Assembly: GCA_000002445.1 (NCBI GenBank) | Contig: CM000208.1 | Span: 1,728,001 to 1,792,000 of the forward strand | From: Trypanosoma brucei | Lineage: Eukaryota | DNA length: 64,000 nucleotides | Direction of reading: 5' to 3' | Part shown: piece by piece, positions 43,237 through 56,000 of the stretch | Layout: every line of letters begins with the position of its first letter | How positions within the stretch are numbered: position 1 is the stretch's first letter | Notes under the pieces: generated by a model | What the model was told of the DNA's origin: nothing | The model's input: the letters and a program-made list of their open reading frames with translations, nothing else | Database searches by the model: none | Position numbers and translations under genes: made by a program

Positions 43237-44838
43237 TGGTGCAAAGGAAAAAAAAAAAAGAAAAGCGACTTTGACTGAACAAAGTGGGCATGTGCAGTTT
43301 GTTTAAGCGTGCGCATGTGCATGTGTGTACACACAGAAGGTAGCTGAATGTAACCGTCTACTTCGTTCCGCATATTTTGACTTAATAGCGGTAGTGTTGC
43401 GATTCCGCGCCTGTACGATAATAAAGGCAATTCAAACGCACAGCCGCGGTTTGTAATGACATATGCAACACGTGTGTATATTACTCCAAAGATGGTGGTA
43501 AAATAGAGGAGGCATGTGTGTGGAGGGAGGGGCGAAGAGATCGGGAACGGGATTGGGGGAACCACGTGTGTTATTATCCACATGGCTCCATTAATCAATC
43601 GGATTTGTGAGGGTTCTCTTCATTCCCCGATGTTTTCTTTTCATTTATCTATTCGTGTGCGTGTGAAAAGGTTTAAAAAAAGATAGGGAAGAAGCGTTAC
43701 ATCCCTATCAAAAAGAAAAAAAGAAAATTGAGTTTTTTCTACCTTATTTTGTGTTGACAAAAATCAATACATTCCTTCATATTCGGGCTCGTCTCCATTA
43801 TGACTTCCTCCATACGTGCTAAGAGGAAATGGAGAAGGCATGTGAAGCTGGTTTAGCGTTTGTTCTTTTTGTGTTGTTGTTGTTGTTTTCGCAAAATGGA
43901 AGGAACGAAATTTGAGCCCGCTCACAAACCCTCAGTTACAACCGATGGAGGTCGCGTGTTTCAGCAGCCAGCGAATGCGCTCATCAAAGGCAAAGTTTCC
44001 CTTGGGAAAATTAGTTACGTTTGAATAATAGCACCTGTCGCCCGAAACTCCATGGGAAGGATTCAGTGAGTTTATACCCTAATAATTACCCTTTTCTATG
44101 AGGAGCGTTGCCCTCCCGTCTTCTTAATTATCGCTTGTTTCCTCCGCAACGGGCCGTGAGGACAAAAACACAACGCTTTTTCCCCCCCTTTTGGAGGAAC
44201 TTGGCATGGTCTAGCAGGGTCCGTTTGTTTGTTGGGTGTTTTGTTTTGAATACTTTTTTCGTGCAACTCTCCGTTAACTCACGTCGTTGTGGGGTTGTAA
44301 AAAAGAAAGAAAAGATGTCACTGTCCCACTCGACTGTAGCGGTGGGAAAAAAAAAAACATTACTTTCGCGTGCATCAGCAGACGGTCAGGCGTCTGACGC
44401 GCCCACAGCTCTGTTCTTTTCCTCTTCTCGCCCTCAAACATATGCCTTTTTTTTTTCGGGTGTTTGTTTGCTTGCCTGCTCACTTTAAATTGCTTTTCCA
44501 CTCCCCTTTCCCGTTTGCATTCTACTTTGGTATTTTATTTCGTTTGGATACCCTCTCTGTTAACCTCGGAAAAAGTAAATTAACACAATATAGAATCCAC
44601 AAAAGGCGTGAAGTGAAGGAAGTGGTGGAGAGGGTGGGCACACCAGTAGTAACAGGGACGACAAAACAGACTCAGTTGCCTCTGCTATTGTTCCTTTGCA
44701 CCATTTCGTGTGTGTGTGTGTGTGTTTGAGTGCAAAGAAAAGAAAGAAAGGAAAAGGAGTGCGAGGGAAAGGGAAAGGGATACATCAAGGTTGAGTTGTA
44801 TATAAACTTACACTTTTACTTTCGCTAGGAACCGCGGG

Positions 44839-45816
44839 ATGCCTTTAAGGACCGATTACGCTCGCTATCCGCGTGATGTGCGTGAAAAACAGAACGTGAC
44901 GCGGCCCGCCGGGGAGCGGCGCCTGGCGGATCTTCACCTCACCGCATACCCCAGTGTTCTCAACAGTAATGCACTGGCGGCAGCAGATTCATCTGAAACC
45001 CCGCCAAAGCCCGTTGCGCAGAACAAACCGTACATGGAGAAACCTCCAGTGGAGCTGATGACAACAAATCAGTTGACCGCGCTCCTCAGTAAAATGGCGA
45101 AAGAGGAGGCACTCAAGGACACAACGAAGGGTACGCCACTCGGTGGCGTGGAGTGTACGGAACTGGATCGCAAAACAACCTACCGACTCGATTATTGCAA
45201 CAAGGACGTGCCGGGATTTCACACACGGCAGCGGGTTATACCAGACTACATGAAGAACTGGACTGAGACAGAGAAGGATGATATCCGAGAAGCCAGGAAG
45301 TATCCTTATCTCTCTATCCCGCAGAGTGTGCTTAATTGTCGACCAACTACGTACCGCCGTGATTACATTCCGACAGCACAGCCCAACGAATACAGGACTC
45401 TCTCTCACAAGACAAACCTCCAGGATATGCCTCCATCCTTCGCGTACTCAACGTATGCACTGGATGATCCACGGCGCATCATTAAGTACGACGAGGTTGT
45501 GGCCGCGTGCAGCAAACCAAAATGCATGCTGTGGAAGAGTTATAGTCCGCGCGATTCTTTCCGTGCGAAGACAGGAGTTGCAAAGGACGTTGCCGAGGAG
45601 TTGAGACTACTGCAAGAGTTGCGAGGGCCATCGAATCGATCGTCGGAATCGAGCTCCGTGGCTGGGAAACAGAGGGAAAGCAGTGTTGAATGCAAGAAAC
45701 CGATTCTCTTGCCAGGGTTGCGTGGAATGGGATATCGTATGGCACCGGGTGATGGCAAGGAGTACATTTGGCTTCCTCGAGATCACTTTTGTCATCGAAT
45801 CGTATATGACTACTAG
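44839..45816 (+). CDS. Hypothetical protein, 325 aa, with two copies of a TTYRxDY module (TTYRLDY, TTYRRDY).
   Basis: ATG at 44839. The short internal repeats are reminiscent of modules found in axonemal and microtubule-associated proteins. No firm family assignment. Confidence 0.55.
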   Translation: MPLRTDYARYPRDVREKQNVTRPAGERRLADLHLTAYPSVLNSNALAAADSSETPPKPVAQNKPYMEKPPVELMTTNQLTALLSKMAKEEALKDTTKGTPLGGVECTELDRKTTYRLDYCNKDVPGFHTRQRVIPDYMKNWTETEKDDIREARKYPYLSIPQSVLNCRPTTYRRDYIPTAQPNEYRTLSHKTNLQDMPPSFAYSTYALDDPRRIIKYDEVVAACSKPKCMLWKSYSPRDSFRAKTGVAKDVAEELRLLQELRGPSNRSSESSSVAGKQRESSVECKKPILLPGLRGMGYRMAPGDGKEYIWLPRDHFCHRIVYDY

Positions 45817-46426
45817 AACTTCTGCCAGCAGTTTGTTCGTGTAACAACTGTCATCTGACTTACACTGATTGGCACTGAGACAAAAGGATATGGTTGACGT
45901 ATGTAGAGATTTTATATGAAAATTGTGTGTTCCTACAATTGGCTTGAGCAGGTCCCTATTCCAATGGAATCTGTACTATATGTCCGCAGGGGTGTGGATG
46001 CCTTTCCACCTCCCCAGGCGAATGAAGGGAACGCAAGAGAGCCCTCTCTCGTGTACAGAAAAAGAAAAGGGGGGAAGAAGAAAGAAAGAGAGGTGTTTGG
46101 CATTATGTGGGTATGCATGACTCTTCTCTCGCTCTCTCTCTCCCTCTCTTACCTTGTACATTTTCTTTTTTGTGTGCCGTCCCTCCTCCTTCGCCTGATG
46201 AGCACAACCTCACTGCTATTATTAACTTCATCACCATGACACTTCCGGCAAATCCTGTTAGGGTCACACTGGCACGGGTAAAGCACATTTTGCCCATGTT
46301 TACATAACTCTATCTTTAATTTCATTTCTTCGTGTTTTGCCTTCCTTCCACCCCCGCACCGCCCCACGTACGCACGTGCGCCGTGTTCCTAAGGTAACAC
46401 AAGGAACATAAATCAAGCGATTACAC

Positions 46427-48667
46427 ATGGCTTCCGACTTGCAGAAGTCGCGGAACACAGTAAGCGCTGTGCGGAAAATGTTAGTCGGCGACCTTAAGGA
46501 CAACCCTGACGAGCGCCTGAAGGTGTACAACATGCTTGCCGACACTCCATTTAAAGGCACGGGAAAGTCGCCATCGGATCACTGGGTTTCCATGATGTTA
46601 AAGGCGGTGCAGGATCCCTGGTCTCGCATCCGCAAGTTAGGGAGACAATGTCTTCTACGCATCGCCTCCACGCAAACAGGCGTGCAAAAAAAGCGCTATA
46701 TCAAGCAGCTATTAAATCTCGTGCGGGACAGGTGGCCGCGAGTTAGAAATTGGTATGAAAAAGAGGGATTGCTCCTTCTGTTGCTCGATGTGCTTAGCTT
46801 CGCGGAGCCTACCTCGTTAGAGGAAGGTTTGTTAGCAAATATGCTGCTTCTATTGGTTCTACCGTCGGTGTCCGATCCTCAGTTACCGGTAAGTGACGCT
46901 GCGGTTGAGGTGGCACTTCTTGTCACACAGCGTAGTGAAAACCTCGCTTCCTTCACAGTAGATTACAACGTGGTAGCACTCAGAAAGACATGTATCTTTG
47001 ACAAAACCGGTGTTTCGGATCCTCTCACTACTGCTGGACATCTCGGCTGTTTGGCAAAGCTCCTGGCGCTGCATGCAGGGTTGTATACCACCCGTTTGAT
47101 GGCAGACCTGCATCCAATTCTCCAGCAGTTGTCTGCTTATCCTGCTGCTAGTCTTCGCCAACAGGTAGCTCGAGTATGGGCGCTACGCTCCGTAGAAAAC
47201 TTTGACATGGCTCTTACCACAATGGTTGAGAAGGCACACGCCCCCTCAGATAGTGATGAGTGGTGGTGCGTGGTAGAGACACTTCTCATGGCACTGCAGG
47301 AACAATTAACGTATTACCTGTGCTTCCCGGAGAAGGCAAGGGCGCTAAAGCAAATGGCACGCGGAACCATCGTTAAGTCACTTTACGCAGTTCTGGTCCT
47401 GATTGAGGCAAAGCAGTTCGAGGTGGCTCGCATGGCGAAGCAGGTTTTGCCTCTGCTCACGCAGTTTGTGGTTCGATTTACGGAATCCCTCGCATTCCTG
47501 GGGGAGTTGTTGGGTAAAGAAGCCGCACGATTTCAGGAGCGCACGAACTTTGCTTTCCCTTTCCTGTCTGATTTAGTCTGGTTTTTGGTAATTCGACGGT
47601 ATGTGCGGCCCGCTGGGGAGGCAACAGCAGTGCAGAAGGCCGTGATGCAATACCTGATTCCGAGCCTTGTTGGGGAAGGAGATGTGAGCGGCAACATCGA
47701 CACAGAAGGCGTAGCAGCAACCCGGGGGCATGTCGACGACCCACTGTCTGTCATACTTGTCTGCACTTACTTTCCCGAATGCTTAAAGGAACCCGCCGGC
47801 AAAAGACTTTTGAAGTTTGCCATTGATGAGGCGGCGTGGCGGAAGGCATTTTCATGTTTCGGGAATGTTGTCCAATACGCATCAGATTTCACACTTTTAA
47901 TCAGGCAGGAGGAAGTGTCAGCGGGGCAGCTGTTGCCGTTATGGTTCAATTGGCTAGCTGGAGCGTATACACATCAGCAGTGCTTGATACTGGATGCAAT
48001 AAAGGTTGCTATCGCCCCAAAGGAGCAGTTAGTAGGACGAAAGCGCCTCTCATTTGCATATCACTCGGCTTTCTACGCGCCCACAATGAAAGATGAAGGG
48101 GAGGAAGTACCGCTCGGCTTCCACTGGCTGAAGCAGCGCTTCCCAAGCGAGGAGTTGCTGCCAGAGACGCAGCCGGTGCCTATGAATAATATGGAGGGGG
48201 TGGAAGATGTCTTGGGCGACCTCCACAACGTGGTATACCGAAAACTGTACGCCTACAAAGGCACGGAACCATCAGTCCTTAATGCGGTGCGTTCCTTAAT
48301 GATGGCGGAGTGTGGGGCTATGCCACAGCATAAAACACTTGCCGCTGTCGTCTCCGCCGTTGTCACACGCTTGGACAGTGTGGCACCCGAGTGGCGCGGT
48401 GTGTTGGTAACGCAGGGTGCAAAATCGGTCGGCGAAACCACCGCCGCCACGTCCAGGACGGGGGATGCACCATCTGGTGGTTGCAACAATTGGGATGATT
48501 CCGACAGTGAGGAAAACGTCGCAGGTGTAAGTCCGGATGAAGAGATACGGAATGCACGAACAACCCTGTCTGCATTAGTTTACACACATTTTGATGGGAG
48601 GGAAGAGGCTTTTATTCAAGCTGTTTGTGCCACGGGTTCTGAGGATGTGAGGAAGTTGCTGCGCTAA
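46427..48667 (+). CDS. Hypothetical protein, 746 aa, predicted alpha-helical (ARM/HEAT-like) with an acidic C-terminal region.
   Basis: ATG at 46427. A long uninterrupted ORF with no catalytic motifs. Confidence 0.55.
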   Translation: MASDLQKSRNTVSAVRKMLVGDLKDNPDERLKVYNMLADTPFKGTGKSPSDHWVSMMLKAVQDPWSRIRKLGRQCLLRIASTQTGVQKKRYIKQLLNLVRDRWPRVRNWYEKEGLLLLLLDVLSFAEPTSLEEGLLANMLLLLVLPSVSDPQLPVSDAAVEVALLVTQRSENLASFTVDYNVVALRKTCIFDKTGVSDPLTTAGHLGCLAKLLALHAGLYTTRLMADLHPILQQLSAYPAASLRQQVARVWALRSVENFDMALTTMVEKAHAPSDSDEWWCVVETLLMALQEQLTYYLCFPEKARALKQMARGTIVKSLYAVLVLIEAKQFEVARMAKQVLPLLTQFVVRFTESLAFLGELLGKEAARFQERTNFAFPFLSDLVWFLVIRRYVRPAGEATAVQKAVMQYLIPSLVGEGDVSGNIDTEGVAATRGHVDDPLSVILVCTYFPECLKEPAGKRLLKFAIDEAAWRKAFSCFGNVVQYASDFTLLIRQEEVSAGQLLPLWFNWLAGAYTHQQCLILDAIKVAIAPKEQLVGRKRLSFAYHSAFYAPTMKDEGEEVPLGFHWLKQRFPSEELLPETQPVPMNNMEGVEDVLGDLHNVVYRKLYAYKGTEPSVLNAVRSLMMAECGAMPQHKTLAAVVSAVVTRLDSVAPEWRGVLVTQGAKSVGETTAATSRTGDAPSGGCNNWDDSDSEENVAGVSPDEEIRNARTTLSALVYTHFDGREEAFIQAVCATGSEDVRKLLR

Positions 48668-49248
48668 TTGTGGATGGCCGACACGCGCACACACACACAC
48701 ACACACACAACGTCGCGGCCCACCCTTCAGGCTTTCTCCAGTCCCACGGGGAATTAACGTTTGTTGTTCGTTTAGCTCGCCGTCCCATCGGAGTTGACAC
48801 GGGTTTTGTGTGCGTAGCGTCGGTCCGACATGCACTAGGTTACAGTTTGCGTGAAACCAGCAGTGGTGGGGAAGCGGAGGGGCGTGCTGCGCAGCTGAGG
48901 CTCCTAAAGGGCCGTTACGCCTCTGCGCCATCTATGCTACCCGGGTGGGCTCCTGTAAGGCACTTTGTCCACTCCCCTTTTTGACTGACGTTGTTTGTTG
49001 TATACATGATGTTTCGTGGCCAACTGCCGCATTTCTCCACTTTTTGGCTCTGTCTTCTCCGTGCAGCAGCCTCACATCGGTCAGCGCCCAACGTGTAACA
49101 ATTTAAATGTCAGACGAGTTTCTTGCTTTGTTTTGTGAGTTCTACGTTTACCCTCTTTAGTGTTCCCATATCTGTTTTCTACCCTCCACTAATACCTTCG
49201 GAACACTACTTCCAGGAAACGATAAAGGACAAAACAGGTGCCGAGGCG

Positions 49249-50754
49249 ATGCCTTACGCCTGCCTCCATGGCGGTTCTCTGTGCTTGTTGATATCGCTGC
49301 TTTCGTGCCTCGGTGCCCAGGCAGTACAAACCCTACACCTTGTGCAGCTTGTCCACCGTCACGGAGCGCGGTCTCCCAAGGTAAAACACAATCAAAGTCA
49401 AATATGCGGTGAGGTGCCGTGTGGGTATCTGAACGCTGCCGGGAAGATGATGCTAGTCAATGCAGGTGAATTTCTTAGGAATCACTACAACAGTAACGCA
49501 TCTGAGCCTTTCTTCCCGGAGGAGAGTTACAACTCCTGTGTGACCTACTCGCGTTCCACAGATGTCCCGCGTACGCTGCAGAGCGCTGGGTGTCTTCTGC
49601 GCGGAATGTTCCCCAATGCGTCGGAATTCTTTCCAGCTATACACACTGCAGATGTGAGTACCGATTGGCTACTGCGTTACGACGTGATACCTCAAGCATA
49701 CGCCTTCAGTCATTTAGATGAGCATTGGTGGAGAAATGTGTGTAACCCAAAGCTGGACACGCTTATCGACACCAACACGTTGTTATCCGTTTCGCGGGAG
49801 GTGTTCAGTGAAGGGTTCTGCGCTGATCCACAAAACCGGTGCCATTGCGCGGCGACGCTGTTCGACATTGGTGTCGCCATGCAGTCCGACGGTCGCATCG
49901 ATAAACACCCACTTTTGAGGGAAAATCTCGGCCGGTTGCGCGATATCAAGTTCTTTGAGGATTCTCACCGATTTGTTTACAACGCCTCTGATCGTACGCA
50001 CGCAAAGATGGGGAGTTTGGGGCAGCACCTTGCTCAGGAAATTTTGAAAAATGCGGAGAATCATATGAATGGACTAACGTCGTACAAACTCTATCACTAC
50101 AGCGCACATGACACAACGATAGCACCACTGGCTGCGACACTCGGGGACAGCACAACCACTGGAATCACGCCACCTTACGGTCAGCTGTATGCTTTTGAAC
50201 TGCTGTACGACCACGAAGTTAAAGGGTATATTATTCGGATAAGGCGCGGTGCGCCAGGTCAGAAACCCGAGGAAGGCTATGCATTTAGTTGGGGAGAGTT
50301 TCAGATGAAATGCATGAACGAAAACCACACTGTTTACACAGCTGAGGACAACAAGTGCCCTTACCACGACTTCCGGCGGTTCGTGAAATCCACCAAACCG
50401 CATGATCCCGCGGGACTTTGTTATCTCAACCGGAGGTACCGCGAGCTTTTCCACTGCCCGGGAAATGTTGGAAAACCACCTAATAAGCAGTGCAAAGTCT
50501 TTCGGCGTGTGTGTCCAGCGTGGTCCTGCGAAGAAGGTTACACGTTGAACAGTGTTACCTTAGAGTGCGTGTGCAGTTCCAGGAAATGTATGGAGAATCG
50601 TGACCTGAGCATCAGCACTGACACACTTGGCAGGAATCTTTTCACCATCTTCATCTTTGTGCTCTTGGCACTTCTCATCCCTATTTTTTCCGTATTCGTG
50701 TGCATCGGTAAAAAATTGCGGGCACGAACCCGCAGAACGAGGGCGAAGGGCTAG
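49249..50754 (+). CDS. Membrane-bound histidine acid phosphatase (type I membrane protein: signal peptide, luminal phosphatase domain, C-terminal TM plus a short basic tail).
   Basis: The track start at 49123 is TTG; the first ATG is 49249 (MPYACLHGGSLCLLISLLSCLGAQA). RHGxRxP motif in LVHRHGARSPK. C-terminal TM LFTIFIFVLLALLIPIFSVFVCIG followed by KKLRARTRRTRAKG. It is a paralogue of the 19266 gene. Confidence 0.8.
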   Translation: MPYACLHGGSLCLLISLLSCLGAQAVQTLHLVQLVHRHGARSPKVKHNQSQICGEVPCGYLNAAGKMMLVNAGEFLRNHYNSNASEPFFPEESYNSCVTYSRSTDVPRTLQSAGCLLRGMFPNASEFFPAIHTADVSTDWLLRYDVIPQAYAFSHLDEHWWRNVCNPKLDTLIDTNTLLSVSREVFSEGFCADPQNRCHCAATLFDIGVAMQSDGRIDKHPLLRENLGRLRDIKFFEDSHRFVYNASDRTHAKMGSLGQHLAQEILKNAENHMNGLTSYKLYHYSAHDTTIAPLAATLGDSTTTGITPPYGQLYAFELLYDHEVKGYIIRIRRGAPGQKPEEGYAFSWGEFQMKCMNENHTVYTAEDNKCPYHDFRRFVKSTKPHDPAGLCYLNRRYRELFHCPGNVGKPPNKQCKVFRRVCPAWSCEEGYTLNSVTLECVCSSRKCMENRDLSISTDTLGRNLFTIFIFVLLALLIPIFSVFVCIGKKLRARTRRTRAKG

Positions 50755-51532
50755 TGCATTGTTGTTTTGTGTTTGTGTGTATGTGTTTCCGTTTGGGGAT
50801 GACGGGGCATTTGTAGACCAGGGAAGCCGCAGTATGATACTGGTATCTGACTGTTCTGATGCATGTGGTTTGTCCGCTGCTTTCCTCCGTTTAGTCCGGC
50901 TCCGTTCGACCTCAAGCTCCTCATGCAAAGAACGTAACTGCCGAATACCGTAGACGCTTAGTTCCTCCGGTGGATGCAGTGTAAAAATCGGACCAACAAC
51001 CAGTGATATAACAAATCCCCACCATCTTCCTCTGGGACTGGCCTGTTGTAAATAAGTTTGTTTGCGTGAATTTTTTTGACCTTGTGCGGTAATCACGTGA
51101 GGCCCTGGGAGAAGGGTGACCCTTCCTCTACACCCTCAGGCCTGAAAGAAAGTGCTCTCCTGAAGGGCAAATTGCTCGCACTAAGCACATAAAACCCTCT
51201 GTTTGCGTTTTCTCACTGTGCATAAAGTGGAAGGGATATGTGTTCAGCGAAGTGATGAGACTTCGCCAATGTTTGGGCGTATGTTTGATATGTGTTGCTC
51301 GGGCCCCTCCCCCCACGGTGCTGGCCGGTCATTTTTTTTTGTTGGCGGACGCCAGCACTGCAGCGGAGAGGTGCCGATGCGCTGTATCTCTTTTGTGCGG
51401 CTTCATGGAAGTTACGACCGAAATAACCGGAAAGGAAACTCCAACTCACCGCCGTCGCGTTGGCCGCAAGACGGTCGTGTCGTGTTTCTCCTAACATTCG
51501 CGTCTCGGTACTATCGGCGGGGCAGCCGGCGC
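50755..51532. promoter_or_regulatory. Convergent strand-switch region. The + cluster ends at 50754 and the - cluster ends at 51533, so this is the presumptive Pol II termination zone.
   Basis: Gene orientation flips here. There is no long ORF, and no tRNA gene was detected in or near it. Confidence 0.7.
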
Positions 51533-51754
51533 TCATGCATGTAGCCTCGCAACTCCACGGAGCAGTTGGACTTCCTCGAGTTTTCTGTCAGCCTCCATGA
51601 GTTTCTGCTCGACGAAACCGTGCACAGCCTTTAGTTTTTTTGAGGTATTACATAACGCTTTTATTGCGGACAATTTCAAAGCTGCCCCAGCGTCCGCATG
51701 ATGACAACAACCACTTACTAACGCCACTACTAAAAATGCCACTGTTCTTCGCAT
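51533..51754 (-). pseudogene. Truncated copy B of a signal-peptide protein gene (73 codons from ATG: MRRTVAFLVVALVSGCC..., then a stop). It is paralogous to the decayed copy A upstream.
   Basis: The ATG at 51754-51752 was verified. Its N-terminal region aligns with copy A: CCHHADAGAALKLSAIKALCNTSKKLKAVHGFVEQK against CHFAFADSGALSLSGAAEALRNASGKLKSVYAFVQAK. Confidence 0.6.
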
Positions 51755-51806
51755 TTGCTGAAGAAAACAAAAGATGCCTGGCACCTGCAACCCACTAAGT
51801 TTTCCC

Positions 51807-53000
51807 TTAAACCACACAAACTAAGAAATACGAATTTAAAACAACCAAAAATAACAACGCGAGGGTCCTCCTGAGAGAGTCAGCCCTGCCAACACCACAT
51901 ATCGCCATCTCCTCCAACAGCTTCTCCTCTTGCACCGTTTCTCTGTTCCCGAGCACGACGAATGACTTCCCACTATCCTCATCTACCACTACTGTGCTTT
52001 TATTTCCGTGGGTGCCCGTGTTCACAATAGCTTGCGCGTATTCCCAGTTCCAGTGTGCGCCGGTTTCGTGCGCCAGCTCTTCGATGTGAGTATACAAGTT
52101 CACAAATTTGCGAAGCTCTCGGTAGGCGTTTCTAAGAACGGGGACGTTGTTAACGGGGTCTTCCTCCCAAGTTACATCGTGTATTAGAACCTCTGCACGG
52201 GTTTTTCCTGTCCCCCCAACGAATCCTCTTCCACTTCGTTTAAGGGAAATAATTCTATCTCCCCAGAGTATTCCTCTGGAGGTGCTGTTTTCGGAGAGGT
52301 AGCCGCCCCCGGACGGGTGTTTGTTAGGTGGCAGTTTGCGCTGTGGACGTAGCGTTCCAAGGGGTTTCCACCGCCACCAGTGAGCCTAAGCAATTCGTTC
52401 ATACTCTCCCGTGTCATGTTCATTTCCTCCACCCTTTCCATGCGGTGCATACCCCCCAAAGAAATAAATTCATCCTTCTCCGAGTCACTTAAATAGCAAT
52501 TCAACAACTGATTCCGCGTCGCGTGGTGCTCGCTATTTCCTACGCAAAAATCCCCTTTCCCACTGGAATACGCGCGCCGCCACACATTTATCATTTCATC
52601 CAACCTCCCCGCCGCTATCCCTGCTGCCCCTACCGCTGAGTATCCAAGATATCTCAACCTCTTCAATTCTCTCCTCTTCACCCTATTCACTTTACTCCCC
52701 ACACGTTTCAAAAACTTCGCGATCCCCGTGCACGAGGTCCAATTGCTATTTCCCCCTTCATTTCCCCTAACCTTCACAATCTTCAACCTCACCAACTCCA
52801 CCATATCCTCAAACTCCCTCACCTTCTCGGTTGCATACTTAGTTTTCGCTTGGACGAAGGCATACACCGATTTCAACTTCCCCGACGCATTACGGAGCGC
52901 TTCCGCAGCTCCACTCAAACTCAGTGCGCCACTGTCCGCAAAAGCAAAATGACAAAGAGAAAAATACAACGACTAGCGCATCCACGCGTCGATGAACTTT
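51807..53000 (-). pseudogene. Decayed copy A of the same gene. A signal-peptide-like segment (HRRVDALVVVFFSLSFCFC, no ATG) sits in one frame. The 261-codon body (52969..52184) sits in a second frame. A 98-codon segment (52103..51807) ending in a hydrophobic C-terminal tail (LALLFLVVLNSYFLVCVV) sits in a third. This is the layout of a secreted or GPI-anchored surface-protein relic.
   Basis: The track 'M' starts are TTG or GTG, and no ATG precedes the signal peptide. Three frames are needed to read it through, so there are at least two frameshifts. Confidence 0.55.
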
Positions 53001-56000
53001 ACTCTTGGCGGAAGGGGCGGGGGAAGGGGAAGTGAATAAGTTGTTAGTGGGCCTGTGAAGAAAAAAAATCAGTAATTTGACATGCCTTCTTTCCAGAACC
53101 GGCTGGCTTGTCTTTTCATATGGCGGTGCAACTACCGCGGCAATATTGGTGGGGGAGGGGAGATGCAATGAGATTGTTATTCCACTTTCAAACTTGGTGC
53201 ACAACCCTCGCAAGAAAACCTGGTTCCGCCTTACCAAAGCTGGGCACGGCATGCTCGACACAAAGACTAGTGATAATCGGCACGGGTGTGAATCGGTGCG
53301 GTGAGGTGTTGAGTCCGCTCACTCGCCCACATCGCGCAGTTGAATGCGGCGTGAAATGGCACTTTGATGGGGAAATGGGACTTCCCAACGTCAGAAGCCG
53401 AAATAAGATTATCAGAACAGAAATTATTCCACTCGGGCGTAGCAGTGCACGGGGGATGCAACGCACCCTTATGGATCTTGAAACAGACAACGGTCAACCA
53501 GCAGCGGGCCGCCTCCAACGTATGGATCGGAGTGTGCGTCAACAGAATTTACTTGTGCCATTACGAGCTTAGATCGCCCGCGTAAGGGGGAAATTGTTGG
53601 GAAATTTGCCCACAAATACGTACCCGCGGGCTTCGGAGGGGATCTTATCGCCTCCTAAGAGGTGGGACGTTATGGATGAATCCCTTCGGGAGCCGAATAG
53701 CGTGGCTGTGGCGGTGGAAAACCCACGGTGGAAACGGGCTGCCGCCACATCTCTGGGGACGAGCCTTGCAAGGCGCGTGGGTTACGGGAGATAAAGATTG
53801 CCAAGCCGAAAAGGGCGCACAGAAACAGTGCCATATGGCGGTGGGTGGTGCGGAACCTCGAAACCAAAAGCGGCCGAATCAGCAGGTTAGAATTTGACAC
53901 AGTGCTTACTCCAAGCTCTCTTAAACTTGATTGCAGTACCCGACAAACAACCGTTAGCAGGGAGGCATCAGGGGAATTGCCCTTCAGGGATGAGCAGCGC
54001 GAAGCCCGAAAACATGCCGAAAGATCCAATGATGGAACCACCGGGAACGGGGAATCGTAAGCCGAAGCCCTTGGCCTTGGCCTTAGGGAGGGGGGGGTTA
54101 AAGTTAACGGTAAATGAATTTTGTACAGGAGCCGCGCCCTTGGGAAATATACACTAAGGGGATTTGCAGAAGGTCTGTGGGAAAGGGAGGCTGCGCTTGC
54201 TGGGCTTTGTGACCACCTCACCGAAAGCACTGTCACACAATGAAAAGCGGGAGATGGTCATTATAATGCCAATCTTGGTGTCAAAACATGATGAAACGCC
54301 AATAGCAACCTGCAGTGGCCCTCGGCAGCACCATCCAAGGCGCGTCCCACAGCAATGCCCAGTGCGGCACGCCCATCCACTTCAAATATCACCTATCGCT
54401 AAGAGTGGCGGGATACCGTCACCAAATGTTTCCACCACTCCTAAAATACTGTGTTGCGATTTCGAAGTGGGGCAGCCAAGCAAGCGTTGAAGATATATCG
54501 ATGGAAAAAAGAAAGGGGCGTCGGCGGTTAGGTGATGTCCGCTACCGCAGCGCCCACGGCATCCGAGGGGAAGCGCAGTTGCCACAACCACGGCGCACGA
54601 CTCCGCGTAGTTCAATCCGACCTCTGAACATTCCACTATGTGCCAGGGGCAAGTGGGGGTAAAAAAGATACCAAGGACGACAGAGTAACCTGGATATGCC
54701 TGAATCCCTTCCCTAAACGCGCAAACTGACTGTGCAGTCCTGAAAACAGCAACACCGCACACGCCACGCACGGAGGAACGCAACACCACCCCAGGTTGGT
54801 TGATCAAACAAACAGGAAAGCAACATTCCGGGTGTTCGAAAGGAAAGCGAGAGAGCGACCACCAACTGGCGCCAAGGCTGCCGGAGAACAACAAAATCTC
54901 TCCGGGTTGTTAAAGCAGTTGGGGTGGAAGCAATAGTGAGAGGCGATACCGGAAGTGCTAGGCCCTTAAAGAATCCGGTACTATCCGAACAACAGGTTGC
55001 AGGAAATAACGGAAATTGGTGCACGAATGTGGCTGGCGGAATGGGGAACATATCTGCATGCAGATACGGATGCTGCACACCAAAAATAGATGGCCGAGCA
55101 ACACACCGCCACCAAATACATAGAACGCAAGCATGGCCACAACCTACAAAAGCAGCGCAACTCCCTTAAGTTTGAGTCCGAGGAATTTTCTCTACACCTT
55201 CCCCCGCTCCAACTCCCAAGGGCATTGCATGCAGAATGTGAAGTGGATACCGTCGTAACAGTTGGAATTAGTAGCTCAGGAGGGTTATCAAAGTTGAATA
55301 ATGATCACCCGCGATGATTTTGCAAGCCATTCCGTTGTATTGATCCCACCAAAACTGTCGGTGTGAGCAATGCCGTACCAACGCATTGGTCTATACACTA
55401 TACCTTCACTTTCCAACATATATTAAAAGGGCCAAGAAAAATTAGGCGCAGAGTGGGGGGATTTTTCCCACGACGGAAACTCCAACTGAACCACCATACA
55501 AGCGGTTGCACGAAAAGTGCGACGTGTGAAGCAGAGGCGACGGTTGCAGCACCAGCACGCATGGGCGACGCTGAAGTCTTCGGTTATCACTCGTTTGTGT
55601 TTACCCGTAAAGCGCCAAGCAGATTATAGGGGTTAAGTTTCTATTTCCCGATGTTCCCCCCACTAAACCGCTCACTGGCCCCCAAATTGAAAACTTTCCC
55701 TCCTTAATTACATGTTGCATCTATCGTGTTTTAGGGTTCTCAGCAGGGTCAATGCCGCTTGCGAAAACTACTTCATCAGTCTAAATACGGTACGCTTCAG
55801 AGAAAACACGATGACACAGACAAACTATGGTCTAAAAATATTTAGAAAAAAGGATAAAGAATAAGGGCTTCTGGAATGACGACGGCAGTGGAGCGTTCTC
55901 CTATTTTCCAACAAACACTCGGCCAAAAGTGAAATTATTCCCGCAATAGTTGAAATTGCTCACGAAGAATCATATGTTTGTAAAAGAAAAAATGTATGTA

